NCBI GenBank assembly: GCA_020137815.1
Contig: CM035362.1
Location: forward strand, 1,798,001 to 1,862,000
DNA: 64,000 bases
From: Hormiphora californensis
Lineage: Eukaryota; Animalia; Ctenophora
Reading direction: 5' to 3'
Position numbers and translations under genes: made by a program. The notes below the pieces were generated by a model. The model did no database searches and was not told the DNA's origin. It saw only the letters and a program-made list of their open reading frames with translations. The stretch's first letter is position 1; each line of letters begins with the position of its first letter. Below, piece after piece: positions 23,467 through 37,900 of this stretch.

Positions 23467-24939
23467 GGGGGGGGGGGCCCGCGTATTAAAATGTCCTTTA
23501 ATGTCCCTCGATTTTTGGGACATTAAATTGTCCGCAGTAATTTGGGACATTAAAAGACATTAAAGGACATTAAAGGACAGGAAATTTTAACTTCCAAAAG
23601 CCATTTCAAAATGTGTTACCAAACATATCTTCCACCAATGTACTACTAAAGGTCCCATCTTTCGATTCCAATGAATGTTCATTAGTTTTCAGTGGTGATT
23701 AGGCTTGCTTTTGTGTGGGCCGTGGGTGCGGTACCTCTTTTACATGTGTATAATTCTAGCCTAGACGATATCTCAAAATCATCTTATGAAACGAGTAGAG
23801 AACAGCCCCGATTTTGTCAGAATAGTGTTTGGTGTCTAATTAGAAGTCAAAAAAGTTTTAGTGCTCAAACCCAAAATTTACGATATTTAGGTTTTTTAGA
23901 TTTTTTGTCGTTTATGGGTTTCAGGAACGTCCTAGAACAAAATGAATAAAACCATCTTTCTCGGCATGAAATTCTGCATTGATTATAGTGGCTATAAACC
24001 TTTCTATGGCGTAAGGTTAAGAAGTTATGCCAAAAAATCGCAAACGGGTACATGTTATAGGGTCGGGTACATGTTTTAGGCTAACGGGCAAACCTCTTGT
24101 CAGAACACCATGTTATAGGGTGTCAATCGACGTTTATTGATGAGGAAATCATTTTAGTGAAAACCATTTTGATCTGCGATGTCTGTGTAACGAATAAAAC
24201 CTAAAAAACCTTACCACCATAACTTCTGAACCTTACGTCATAGAAAGGTTTAAAGCGACTATAATCGATGCAGAATTTCACGCCGAGAAAGATGGTTCTA
24301 TTCATTCTTTTATAGGACGTTTCCGAAACCTATAAAGCCAAAAAACCTAAAAAACCTAGAAAAACCTAAATTTAGGATTTGAGCACTTAAAAAATTTTTG
24401 ACTTCTAATTAGACCCCAAAAACCATTCTGACCAAGTTTCATCAAAATCGGGGCTATTTTCACTTTAAAACCTTGACATCCAGTCAAAAACTACAAAATT
24501 TCCGGGGTTCGCTTAGAGGTAAAGTCCATTTTTTTTCAACTGTTCACCCAAAAACTGAAATTTGATAAAAATTAGAATTTGGGTGGCGCGCGCTACACGT
24601 TAACATGTGATAAACGCGCAAAACAATTCCGCGCACGACTTTGGGGGGTGAACAGTTGAAAAAAAATGGAGTATACCGCGCCACCCTAAAATGAGGCTTA
24701 ATCACCCCCAACATCTATGGTATTGGGTGGAATCGATAGAGGGGACATTAGGGGTAAATATTAAGTGGTTGAAAACACCATTTTAGTTTAATAATAGCTG
24801 AAAATTCATGTTTTAATTAAATGTCCTTTAATGTCTTTTAATGTCTTTTAATGTCCTTTAATGTCCCAGGGACATTAAAGTCAGACGTGTTTATTTAGGA
24901 CATGGATATTAAATTCACGCGGCCCCCCCCCCCCCCCCC
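23467..24939. mobile_element. Composite TIR element with poly-G/poly-C termini and an 8-bp TSD
   Basis: GAGGATTG|G(n)CCCGCGT...ACGCGGC(n)|GAGGATTG with subterminal GGACATTAAA/TTTAATGTCC repeats. It carries a nested inverted-repeat element (about 23800-24460) and a MITE (24520-24676). Confidence 0.7.
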
Positions 24940-25054
24940 GAGGATTGAGGGGGCTGCAGCGCATTCCCAAAATTTAAAAAGTTTTAAAAAGCAAGTTTGA
25001 AAATCTGTAATTTTTCCGGATTTTTTAGATCTGCTATTGGCCTATGCTACAGGC

Positions 25055-25536
25055 CCCTAAAGTGCGTTTCAAACGACTTGACCTGAGATTCCTGGAAATT
25101 CAGGATTTCCCCTTTGTAAATACACGCGCAATGCGCCAAATTCCAAGAATTACGGGTCAAGTCGCTTGAAACGGACTTTAAAAAAAAGTGCGCCGTGGAA
25201 AACGCGCGCACTTGGGGTCTGAAGCGCATGCCAAGATCTGCTATTTTATGTGCCGCGCGCTGCAAATTATTAACGCTTGCCGCCAAATTTCACACAACTG
25301 CGCTGCAATTTCGTATGACGCGCACTCACAACAAACTTTTCCATCGCGTCAGGTGAATTTCCAGCGCTGACAAGCGCTGTTCACTTTTTAAAGTCGGATT
25401 TTTTGAAGTTGTCACCCCCTTCGGCCTTCTCGTGCGCTCTTTTTTTTGCATGTTAACGTGAGGTGTGCGCGTCAAAATTGATAAATTTCACATTTTTTCA
25501 CGTTTGGGGGGTGACAACTTCAAAAATCCGACTTTA
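25055..25536. mobile_element. Cluster of AAGT...ACTT-ended MITEs
   Basis: 25055-25182 is the reverse copy of 6929-7053. 25390-25536 has the TIR AAAGTCGGATTTTTGAAGTTGTCACCCCC. Confidence 0.7.
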
Positions 25537-25658
25537 TATCACTTGAAATAAGTGGTTGTTGTGCGATCTTGTGTGATTATGTTACCCTTTTGGCATATCC
25601 CCTTACTGCGTATGAGAACGATCGCTGTTCAACTGAAATACTGAGGATACAAACTAAT

Positions 25659-26096
25659 ATGGATTTTGAGCTCCTTTTGCCTAAAAGCTCAACCCCTAGC
25701 CCTGCCCCTGTCCGAATTCGACCCGATCCCGTCTCCCCCAGCGCAGTCGACTGCAGTCTCCACTCTCTCAGTTCCTTCACCGCTAGGCGCTATCGAATAC
25801 CGATTGCAATTAGTCGGTTCCAGATTAAGCAGAAATTAGAAACCACAGTAGCATTTCGGGCTGTGGCATTGCCACCACAGACGAATTAATAGTACAAACT
25901 CTCTGACAGGGGGATATGAAATGAATTGAATTAAAAAGAACAATATCTAACGAAATGCAATTCTTGAAGATACATGTCGTGTTTGCGAGGTAATCCGTGC
26001 TGTGCGAATGACGTGACTTCACTCTACATTCCAGCTCGAAGGAGTGCTGATGGATGGTTACGGAGCAAATTCTTCAAGACTTCATCCAGAGAGAAG
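25659..26096 (+). CDS. Possible 5' exons of a gene divergent from progranulin (perhaps the DIXDC1 5' end)
   Basis: ATG at 25659 opens a Pro/Ser-rich ORF. There is a short GT-AG intron at 25990-26034 and a GTAAGG donor at 26097. The frame is broken and no domain is recognised. Confidence 0.25.
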
Positions 26097-26367
26097 GTAA
26101 GGAAAAACTAATTAATAATAAAATAATAGTATCAGGGGAGGGGGGTATTTGGTGAGTTATTTGGGGAGGTTAATTGGTGTCATTTGGTGTTTGAGGATTG
26201 CCTGATTTTGTTCAGACCACAATTTATTGCAGCTTGCTTCATTTTTCCGCTCTACTATTTATTCCACCATTCGTGATCTTTGATCGTACTGGGATAGCTC
26301 ACATCTTAACATGCAAGTTGACTTTTAACACTTCAATATCCATTGTGTATAGCATAACCATCTTCCT

Positions 26368-26655
26368 CTTCTCTCTCTGTCTCTCTGTCCCCCTCCCCAG
26401 TTTTACTCTCCCTGTCTCTCTGTCCCCCTCCCCTGTTTTACTCTCTCCGTCTCTCAGTCCCCCTCCCCTGTTTTACTCTCTCTGTCTCTCTGTCCCCCTC
26501 CCCTGTTTTACTCTCTCCGTCTCTCTGTCCCCCTCCCCTGTTTTACTCTCTCCGTCTCTCTGTCCCCCTCCCCTGTTTTACTCTCTCTCTGTCTCTCTGT
26601 CCCCCTCCCCTGTTTTACTCTCTCTGTCTCTCTGTCCCCTCCCCTGTTTTACTCT
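26368..26655. repeat. Pyrimidine-rich minisatellite of about 35 bp (CTCTCTGTCCCCCTCCCCTGTTTTACT)
   Basis: About 8 direct tandem copies. Confidence 0.9.
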
Positions 26656-29600
26656 CCAAACCATTTATATCGCTACTCGTTTTTCTCCCTTCGCATCTCT
26701 TTCTGGTGTTTTACACCTACTTGTTGAACTAAAAGACCACAGTGTGACCAACTAAGGTGTGATCATCTCACTTTCTAGATTCCTTACACTTCTTTCATGG
26801 TTCATTCAGGGCAGGTTCGCCCACTTTATTTTCATCATGTTCAAATCCAAAAAAAGATAGAAATTAATTTTACCCAAAACCCTGTCCAAAGCTTTATTGA
26901 TCATGATTAAATGTTAAATGTCTTATCTAAATTGATCATAACCTCATTCTATACTATCGATTTTATCACTCAGTTAAAATTATCATTAGTCATAGTCTGG
27001 CTATATTGAGTACTGAGTAGTTGCTGTATACATACTGTGTAGGCGTCAGAGATGCGGCCGACACTTGGTATAAACTGAGATCCATAATAAAAGAAAGAAA
27101 TAAACAATAGGATAGACAGAGAGAGGGAGAAAGATAGGATAGATAGAGAGAGTAACATGACGTGAAATAATGGAAGATACAACTATAGAAAGAAAGCTAA
27201 GGTGTGTGTGATGTGTCCACTGTCCATTGTTCCCCTTCCATTTTCCTCTCCTTTGTCTTCAACAATTTAATAATCACACACATGTGACAACTGACACTAG
27301 ACTTACAGACGACTACAACTACATACCATCCCATCCTAAGAAATGTGTGGTTAAAATGTCGATTGAGGTTCTGTGTGTCCATCTTCCCCAAATAGAGTTC
27401 AGGGCCCAGTTCAGTTAGATTGTTTAGGGTTCACAGTTTCATTAGCTGTGTGGGCAATTAATGGTCGTTTCGAAATAAACAAACTCCTCACGTCTGCTTG
27501 ATTGAGAAAAGAGAGGGGGAATAGAAAGGGAGGGAGAGGGAGAGGTAGAGATACGGAGGGAAATAGAGGGAGGGGAGGGAGAGAGACGGAGGGAAATAGA
27601 GGGAGGGGAGGGAGAGGGAGAGACATGGAGGGAAATGAAGGGAGGGAGGGAGAGAGACGGAGGGAAATAGAGGGAGAAACACAATCAGACACTACTTACA
27701 TCCACAAGCACATGATGGGCCGATCTTTCTGCCGTACTTCTCATCTTGAGTAGATCTCCATTTTAATATACTCACAAATCCATCAAGAATGTAATAATAT
27801 TACATCCGTGACATATAATTGTCACGCCCATTGTCTCATTATTATTGCACTCAAATTGAGAAATAGTAGGTAGCATTTCCCCGATTTGCACTCCATCGGG
27901 AAATGCTACCTGCTATTTCTGGAGAGAGATCTGTTGTTACACATTAGGATACCAAACACCAAAATAGTACTTTCTCTCTCTCTCTTTCTCTCTCTTTCTC
28001 ACTGGTTTCTATGGTTACATACCAGTTTCATCATATATTTGAAACAGCGCTGTGGTAACAAGATCAGATCAGGGCACAGTTTGTCTGGAGAGCGGTGGGG
28101 AAAAGAAATATATGGTGGATCTAGATAGAGGTTGGGAAGAGAAATGATGTGGATTTAGAAGACTGAAGATGAGAGAGAAGTGAGGAAAGAAGTTAGGACT
28201 CACTCCTCAGACAGAAGTGAGGAAAGAAGCTAAGATTTCTCAGTAAAAAAGTAAGTAATCTAGTGAGCATGTTTCACAAGAAAAAGGTGTGGTCAGTAAG
28301 ATTAGTTGGCTCTTTCAGTTGTAAGGGAGAGAGGGAGAGATGAACTTTTTTAATAAGCTGAGTGACTCCTTCTCTCCCCCTCGTATCAGTGATTCTCAAG
28401 AACGCACGTCACAATCTGAATATATAAATGCAAGTTGTACCAAAAATGCAATTATGTTCTCTAAAAGTACAACGTTTATCTCTCCATATACCAGGATTTC
28501 ACGTCTCTCGTTTCTCTATACTGAGACATATCACTAGATCAGTTTGTGGGTTGTGGTTGATAAAGACCGTGTTATACAGCTTTGTGTGTGCGAGTGGTAT
28601 TGAACAGATCCAATCACTAAGATGAGGCCCTTTCTCTTTCATTTCATTTCATTCTGTCTTCTGTCGCTCACACACTTGCACTATCACCATAGCTGCACTC
28701 GTGAGGGGGTGGGGGGAGGTCACAAGAAATACATTACGGCGAATGATATTTTATCAGTTTTTGTAGGTACCCGTGGCTCAATGAAAAGGCAATAAGTTAT
28801 GGTAATGAAAATGTCACGGCGGGATAGAAAGAAAGAGAGGTAGAGTAAAAGGGATAGAGAGGTAAAGAGAAAGAAATATTATTGCGATGTGAAATATAAA
28901 GAGATAGATAGCAATACCACTGAGTACTAACTACTATGTGACCGTGTGTTGATTGATTGAGTGCTGTCTACAACTGTGTCCAATACCCTAGTTGGGATCT
29001 ATCACACCGTGTGTACATTATACCTGTTAGGTTTCGGCTATTTACAACCCCCACACATTCAATTGTTGTTGTCCGAGTTCCAAAATACAAGAGTGATGGA
29101 ATGAAAGGAAAGGAACCAGGAAGTTTCTCGTTGTAGTTCGCTATGTGCCTCAAAGGGTTAAACAGACCGTTTAGTACCACAGATACAGTTTAGAAAGGAT
29201 TTCAGACTCTGGAAATGTAGTTCACTGAACCATGGGAATGGGGATTGGGTAAGAGGTCCCCTATTTTCTATTTCTCTCCCTTCTGCTCTGTACTCTCTCA
29301 CAATGTCACCGTCTTTCCAGGGATTATCTTCCCGGTAAAAGAGGGTATACCGCGGTACTCAAGAATAGAGAGTGGCAGAGTGGCAGAGTGCTTCAATGGT
29401 TTTGTTCTAAGTTCTGCAATTGTACACCTGTCCAATGTAGAGTTTCTATGTGGGTGGGACAATTACACACAAACTAGCCTCGAATAGAATGTGATTGGGA
29501 GGGGAGAGAGAGTGATAGAGAAAAAGAGAAAGAAAGAGAAAGAAAGAGAGCAAGAGAGTCACATACAGTAAGAAAGAGAGCAATAATTATGGTCCCCACT

Positions 29601-32600
29601 CCCCGCTTAGCTAAATGTACAATGTACGGAGTGGCCGCTGTGTAATACGTCATAAAAGTAGACACCACTATACTGCCAGATTATAGAGAGAGATTTATAG
29701 AGAGAGATTTATAGAGAGAGATTTATAGAGAGAGGTTTATAGAGAGAGATTTATAGAGAGATTTATAGAGCAATATTCTCCCATTTTCTTTTATCTCTCC
29801 CCCTTTCCATCCTCCTATCTATCTTTATACCAGGCCACTTCATAAATCAAAGAATACTTTCCTAAAATGAAATAACCACTTCGCCAACAAGGTGGGGAAA
29901 GTCTTCAGAAAAGCAGCTTTAAATTAAGCAGTCTTCTTAGAAAGTAGAAATTATGTGGTTTAGTGATTTGAAATATCTTTATAGTGGTGGCTATTATAAT
30001 AGTTCATGGTTATGAGTTATACAGCTTACAAAGGTCGCGTTTTGATTAAGAATCTTGAATCTTCTCTGCTTCTAGAAAGAATGTTCTCAAAAACCTGCTG
30101 ATTGCTTCTTTCGGTGTCACCCAGAAAATTATTTTAGAGAATGTATACTGGCGGTGTGAGAGGTGATAGGAAAAGAGACCTTGGCCTCGATGCAAGATAA
30201 CGTGTTACCTAATCATATGACACTAACTCGCACAGTCATATTATACCCAGAAACTTATTCAATATTGATTTCAAATTTACAAACTTGATTTGCTGGGAAG
30301 GAAAGATGTAGTAATATCAACTCTACTATTTCACCTCTCATAATGGCTTAGCTCATCTGTCAGGACCCATTTTTATTTTCCCCCTTATTTTTTAACCCCA
30401 AAATATCACGGGGCAATGGTAAAATTTGACAGGAATTGAACCCCCCCCCCCCCCCCCCCCCCCCCTGAAACAGCTTAATTCTCCCTTTTTTCTCTCCCTA
30501 TCTTTTCTCTCGCTCATTTTGCCCTCTGATCTTTCCTTTTTCCTCGCTCTCTTTTTCCCTCTGATCTTTCTCTCTCCCTCTATATCTCTAACTCTCGGCT
30601 CTCAGATATTTCGCTCGAATACATCTTACCCACTAACCCTCTATCTATTTTTTTTAAAAACCCTTTTTTTTTCTTAGGGGCGGGGTTTCACGAGTAAGTT
30701 TCCCCTGGGCCCAAACCAAGCCCAGGACCCTTCCGGGATTGGTGGGTTTTTTCAGCGGTTCAAACCCCGGGGCTTCATATTAGAACGGGTTAAAATTTAA
30801 CAAAAAAAGGGGGGTTTGGGGGGGGAAAATTAAGGGTTTTTTTTTTGGTAAGCCTGGGTTAAAAAAAAAAGGAAAAAATTAAACTTTTTTCCTTTTTTTG
30901 AATTTAGGGAAACCCAATTAAAAGGGAACTTAAAAAATATAAGGGGTTTTTGGGGGAAAACCCCGGGGGACGAGGGGTTGGGGAGGGGGGGTTTTAGGGG
31001 GGGGGGGGGGGAAGCAAGGAAAAACCTTTTTTCTCCCCCCCTTTTTTTCCCTTTTTTGCTTTCATTTTTTTTCTTTCTCTTTCTCTTCTTTTCTTCTCCC
31101 CTTTCCCTCCCTTTTCCTGTTCCCCCCGGGGTTCTCTCTCTCTCCCCGTTTCTCTCTCTCCCCTCTAGCTCTTTCCTCTCTCCCCTCCCCTCTCTCTCTC
31201 TCTTTTTCCTCTCTTTCTCCTCTTTTTCCCCCCATTTTATAGCCTCTCTCTCTTTTCTCTCTCTCTCTCTCTTCTCCCCCTCTCTCTCTCTCTTTTTAGC
31301 TCCACTTTGAAAACTGTCTCGGTTATTAAACCCCCCAAAAAAAGCCCTCACCATAATCTTTATATATTTTAATCTGCAAGCTCTCTTTCCCCTTTTTTTT
31401 TTTAAATCAAACTAAACCTCTTCCCCCCTTTTGTTTTTTGTATTTTTTTGTCCCAAAATTTTTTATTGAAAAAAAAGTGAATGTGAGTTCGTCAAAATTT
31501 AGATCATCTTGATTCACATTTTACACATTTCTTCCTGAGATGGTTGTTTATAGCGCACTTTTCATTCAAAGAGTGACAAAATAGAAATAGAGAGAAAGAA
31601 AGAGAGAGGTTTTCAAATAAAGTTGATTGCCCACCGCTAGTCTCTCCCTCATACTATACAGTGAGTGTATGACTGTATAAACGACACCTGGTTTCCATTC
31701 ACAACTGCTGTTACTTGGTCATTTTAGAACCCCTTGTAAATCGATGGATGGGTTTTTTGGAAAAATTTTTGAAACAAGCTAATTTAAAAAAAGGGCTAGC
31801 AAAATTAAAGTAAAAAATCGGGGCGGGGAAAATAAATTGGGAAGAAAAAAAACCCGGATTTTGGGTTTTTTCTTCAATGCAAAATTTTGGAAAGGGGCCC
31901 CGGGGGAAATTTTTCCTTTGTTGTTTTCATTAACCGCTTAGAAAGGGCTTTTTTCCCTGGGGGGTTGGCCCCCAAAAATTAAAAATAATTAATTTTCCTT
32001 TTGGTTTTTCCCCCTTCCCCCTTTTTCCTTCCCCTTGTTTTTTTATTTTGTCAGCTCCCCCCCCGCCCCCCTTTTTCCCCCTTTTTAAACTTTCTTCCTC
32101 TTCGACCATCTCTCTCTCTCTCTCTCTTTTTTCTCTCTCTCTCTTCTCTCTCCCCCCCTCCCTTTTTCCCCCTCCTTTTTTTCTCTCTCTCTATTCTCTC
32201 TTTTTTATCCCCTCTCTCTCTTTCTCTATTTTTTTTTCCCCTAAATTTCTCTCTTCTTTTCTCTCTCTTTTCCCCCCTCCCCCCTCTTTTCCTTTTCCCT
32301 CCCCTCTCCCCCCTCCCTTTCTCTCCCTTTCTCTCTCCCATTACAAATGACTGAGTTACAGAATATCAAACGGGAAAACCATGAAAACCGACTCCCAAAT
32401 GAACCCCCTTTTTTATCCCCCAAACATACCGAATCTCTCCCCAAATCACCCCCGGTTTCTCTTTTTTCTATTTGGGGGTTTTTTTTCTATGCTTTACGGG
32501 GGGTTTTACGTAAGCATTTTGGGCTTGACACGTCCCTCTCTCTCTGTGGTGGCCCCAATCTCCTCATGTTTGAAAATTTGGGGACGTTAAAAAAATCGTA

Positions 32601-34999
32601 GTCCCAAAATTTGTTTAATGCCCCGTAACGAACCGCCCCCCTTCCTCGCATGCGTATTGACGTTGAGACTGTATAATTTGGGAAAGAAAAAAAAAATTTC
32701 AATTTTTGACAACCACAATAATTTTATGTTAGCGGCCCTAAAATATCAATGTTTTTTTTTTTGTTGTTCGACAGAGTCATCGAGACACTTTTGAAATCAC
32801 ATTCTAGCCGTGAAATGCTACGAATAATTTTTTTCAAACTTTTAAAACCTTTATTCAGCAACCCCTAGGGGGGGGCCACATGTTAATTGTTAAAAAATTT
32901 ACCTATTTTTTTTGATTTTGTTTAAATTTAAAAATTTAAATTAAAAAAATTAAAAAAAGTTAACCAAAAAACAAAAAACTGTTCTTTGGTTGAAAATACG
33001 ACTTTTTAAATGGTTTTTTTTTATAGTTTAAAAAGACTTTTTTTAACACAAAAAAACCCCCAAAAAAGGGGCCCCTTTTCCCTTAACCAAAAATCCGACA
33101 TACATGTTTTTTGGCTCAAAATCGAATTTAAAAACCAAAAAATTACAAAATTTTAATTTAGCGTATAAAAAATTTACTTTAAAAGTGATTTTTTTTATCG
33201 ATAATCGATTCTTTAAAAGAAAGAAGATGATGTACAACGTTTCTTTCGGAAAAAACAAAAAAATTTCCAAAATTAAAAAATTTTTTTGGGCAAAAATTAA
33301 AATTTGCCCTTTGCTACAAATCCTTGTGTTTTTTTTAAAAAAAAATTTATTTTTTTGGGGGTTTTTTTTTTTATGGTAAATTCAAAAGTCTCAATTAGTT
33401 TTTAAGGGGTTTAAAAAAGGTGGATTAGGGTCAATTGACTTCAATTGCGGTTTAGTTTGGCTAGTTTTTATTAAAATTTACACAATGGAACAAATCGCTG
33501 TAGAAAAGCCGTAGTAGAGGTTAGTAGGAGTGTGCAAATCGTGCAAAAGGAACAACTTTGCTCGCAGAACAAGTGTTAAATACCAAAAACACGCGCTAAA
33601 GGTGATTTAGATGGCATAAATGGCATTTGTTAACGTTTGTTAACTTTTTGTTAATTTTGTTAATAAATCACCTGTTTTCTCGATGTTAATATTAACAAAG
33701 TTAACAAAATTAACATGTCGCACCCCCCAACCATATTCACCCGGCCATTATGGAGACTGGAGAGACCATTGGAGACTGGAAAGTGGTTCATAACGGTGTT
33801 ACTAGACAATGCTCCATTTATATTGCCCTTGTCTAGTCAGCTGCAGTTGTGTATATGTCCATATAAGGAATAATTGGGTACGGGGCTTTGAACTGTCACT
33901 TTGTTCTGCATTCCCCCTACCCGTCACGCTCTTATCTGGTTAAAATGTTATCAACTTAGGAGCGTATATACTTAGTTTTCTGACTTCATTTTACATATTA
34001 TCACCATTCACCAATTAACTGTATGGCGGCGCCCCTTTTGATAGTGCGACAGTGCGCTCAGATGGGGTCGCGGACAGCCAAACAATGATAATCAAGTGTA
34101 CTTTTTTGGGGTTGGGGTTTCTTGGCTGGGGTTTTGGTTGTCGTCAGAGGTCAAAGTTCACTGGTACAGGTTTGTTATTGAGGGTATCGGGGTAGAATGC
34201 CAGGCGGGGATATATTGCGGTAAGGGGGTGTATATTATTTCGTCTCGTGATAGCTGAGGAAGTTTTTAGACCTCTCGTTGTTGATGATAGTCATGGTATG
34301 GTAGTGTGTGTTCAGCACTGTAGTACATTCCCTCTCTTGTCACTGCTGTGACACCCTGTCGCCTAGTGCTGTCATAGTGTATCTCATTCTCTTTCTATTC
34401 TCCTTATTTCTATCACCCTCCTTCCCTCTTTTCCTTTCACTATCCTTCCCACTACTTATCACTATATCTCTCTTCATTTTTATCATTTTTTCCTTGTCCT
34501 TCTCTCTTTTGCAACCCATCAAAAACCCACATCCTCCTCAGTCCTCCCTGTTAATATGAGTGACATATCACACATATTATATGTGTATGGAATTTCTAAA
34601 ACACGTTGCGAAACCTCATACTCTCTATCCACCTCTCTTCACCTCCTCAAGATTCTACCCCTCTCTCCCTCTTTTTTTCTCTATTTCTCTCTTTTCAACC
34701 CCTTCCCTCCTCTAATCTCTTCTTCTGCAAGTCTCTCCTCTCCTCTCCTGCAGCTTGACACTTGCAACTCGTCTTTTTAACTTTGTCGTGCTGCAGGTTT
34801 GAATTTTTTGGATCTTTACTACCGTCCTTTGTTTGACGAGAATTTACCAACGCCCCTCCCTTCAAGCCATGCCTTCTATCTCTCTCTCTCTCTCCTCACT
34901 CTTCTCCCCTCTCTCTCTCTCTCTCATCTCCTCTTATACTTCTTCCTTCTGGTTACTTCTGATGATTCGCCGCGTTAACTCCGAAACCGTGGTATCCGC

Positions 35000-37900
35000 T
35001 TGCTTGCCAACTCCCCAGCGTTCAGTCTCAGTCTAGATAAGAGTTCTGGAGCTTCGTACATGCCCGTAACGGGGGGACGTCCGAAAACGACGTCAGGTAT
35101 CTTGACAGCTGAACCTGTGGAATACCTGGAAACTCGTTCAATTTGATTAAGTTTTTGGCAGGTAACAGTTCCTAGTCGTGGTAACCCATAACCGCAAAGG
35201 ATCCGTCATATGCTGTACTGTTTGGCCTCATAGTTGGATAGTTTGGTCGCATTGTGGGACACCACAGCTCGACGCCAAGTCGGCCTCCAGTTGTGAACCT
35301 TAATTTGAGGTCATTGGGACTAGCCGGTTTTGATCTTCCACATGTGGAGAATGGAGTATCTCTCTCATCCTGCGCCTGCCAGGGAGCTAAGGCCCAGGTA
35401 TTGCAGTCTCGCCAGTAATCCATCCCTTGCACCAGATATCCGTCTGGTGAAGGAGCGTTGCACCCCCCTCTAAAATCTGGATATCCGGATCTTGGTGGAT
35501 TCCAAAAGAGGGCAGCAGTATTCCAGCAGCTTTCTTAACATGTCTTGTAGAGGTTCCATACCTCTATCCCTGGTCCTGAACACACTAAAACACCCAGGCT
35601 TGCTTTCCTGCTTAGCGTTTTCGGCATGTCAGCGAATGTCCCGGACCAGGTTAGATCGAGAATGAACAAGCAGCCCAAATCCTAACCGAGGGATAGGTTT
35701 CAGCAGCCTGTCGGAAGTGCTGTAGCTCAAGATATCCAGCAGTAAAAGGGGATGGTGCATGAGAGGTCACGGTGAACCTCATGCGTAGGAATTCAACGTT
35801 CCGTTATGAGTTTCATGTTATTTCAGTCAGTGACCACTCGGAACCGAATCCAAGTCCCGTTGGAGTATTTTCATATCCATTTCCTCTCCAATATCTTCAT
35901 GATTCGTGTGTGTCTGCAAGCACCGCAGTTTACTTCCTGACAACACCGTTGTGATATCATTCGATATATTAAAAAAGCGATCGGTCCAAACTGACCTTGG
36001 GAACTCTGCTTTAACATGTACAGGCCTCCGTACTGACATCCATCACCGGACTCTCGCCTCTTCTCAGGAAAGGACTGGATCATGTCACGAGATTCATGTC
36101 CTTATGTCTCTAAGTTCTACATCAAGTGGTTAGGACAACTCGGTCAAACGCCTTAGCGTAATCAAGGTACCAGAGTCAGTTTCCTGCCATCGAGTGCATT
36201 ACCTATGACTGTTGTCGAAGTGACTAGGAGCCTTGGTGAGGCCACTTCCTCCCACCTAAATCCATGTTGAAATGTCGTTAAAAAGCTCATTTTTCCTCAA
36301 AATGGTTCACTAGCTTTTCCGTACGACTCTCCGCAGACCTTAATGGATGATCGGTCAGAAGACAGGGCTCTAAATTTTTGTCAGCTGAGGACCTGCTACC
36401 CCTTCTTGTAGAGGGGGGTGACAAAAGCGACACCTTGGACATGTGGAACATACCTTCCCCTACGACCAGTCCACATCAGTTACAGTGGGTGTGCCAACCG
36501 CTTCAGTCGCAGCTTTTCACAGTATGCGGTATTCTCCGCCGACCAGGAGCTGCATCCGGTTTCAATCTCCTTGATAGCATCTATGATAAATCTTGCACTG
36601 TAAAGTCACCAATCAATTGTCACCCGTGTTATTGACTCGCAAACTGGTATCGTGTCCTGTTTTAAGTCAAGCTTCCTCTGGTCCAACTGAACACAGCTTT
36701 GAATTGCCTAGACAAAGCTTCCACAATTTTCTTTCTTATCGTGATCAATTCGCAGATTCTCAGTTTAACGCCGATCATACTGTTGCTGTCCCAGCGAAAC
36801 GCTAGCGTACTGTAGAAGTACTTGGGTTTGTTTTGATCTTTCAACTGCCATTTTTTTCCTGCTTTATATTCTCATCCAGGATTAGCATCCCGGATTTCCC
36901 CATAAAGCACATCGATCCTCTTTTGGAGGCTTCAATCGTACTGATCGGAGTATCCTTTTTCTCCAAGAGCGTGCTAGACGCCCTTTCGTGTCGCAGCTCT
37001 TTTTTTCCGAGAAAATTTGTCTGACAAGCTTTGGCCTCCCCCTTCCTCGGTTTCTTCTTCCTATGTTGCATGAATCTTGAGCACTCTGGAACAATAGTAT
37101 CCCTGAATACTCGGAAGCTCTCCCGTGGTGCACTTACCGAATACAGCTTCCCAACACCTTTTTTAAACCGCTCACATATTGCCTCTGTAGTCTGCGTTGT
37201 ACATATCCAGTGAACGAACTCATCAGCAGCAACTGAGGTGGCACAGTTTCCTCCCTGGCTGCAGAGCACGGATTCCGAGTCACACCACACACCAAAACTC
37301 CAATGGTTGGGTCCGACAACCTGTCTCCTTGCTCCGCACAAAAACACGGTTAACCAGTTTGCTCAGAGTTGCTGAAACAAAATCCAAGTAGCTGCTGCCT
37401 CTCGATTGTCATCAATTTTGAGAAGCAGCTTTCCTCAGTGAAGCTAAGCAGTGCGGTCACTATGTTGCCCTGTTCTTGGGTTTTTGTTGCCTCAGGTGGT
37501 TCCCAAGCGATCTCAGGTACATTAAAATCTCCCATAAGACAGACAACATGATCTCGGCCTCTGTTCGATGAAATTTCGGGCTACCTCCCAGGCACGCCCT
37601 AAAATCACTAGAACTGGAGCTGATGGGTTATCTGTAGCATTAACCCCAAATACCCCTTACCCCTTGCTTGGGCTTGAGGAGCACCTTAACCGCTGCAGCT
37701 GTCTTTATCCAAGCTACATGCCGTCTAGTCGTAGATCAAATTGACGCAGCAGCAAACAACCGCCCCCTGTCCTGTATCTCGATCACAACGGATACCCTGT
37801 ACTTCCTCTCCACTCCATTTAGAATTTTAAGTTTTTTCCACGTAATGGTTTACGCCATGTTTCTGTCACAGGCTATTAAGGGTAACCCATCTCCTGGGAT

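Noticed and set aside
30370-33420. Lys/Phe/Pro-rich ORFs
   Set aside because: Homopolymer-inflated, low-quality sequence and microsatellites.
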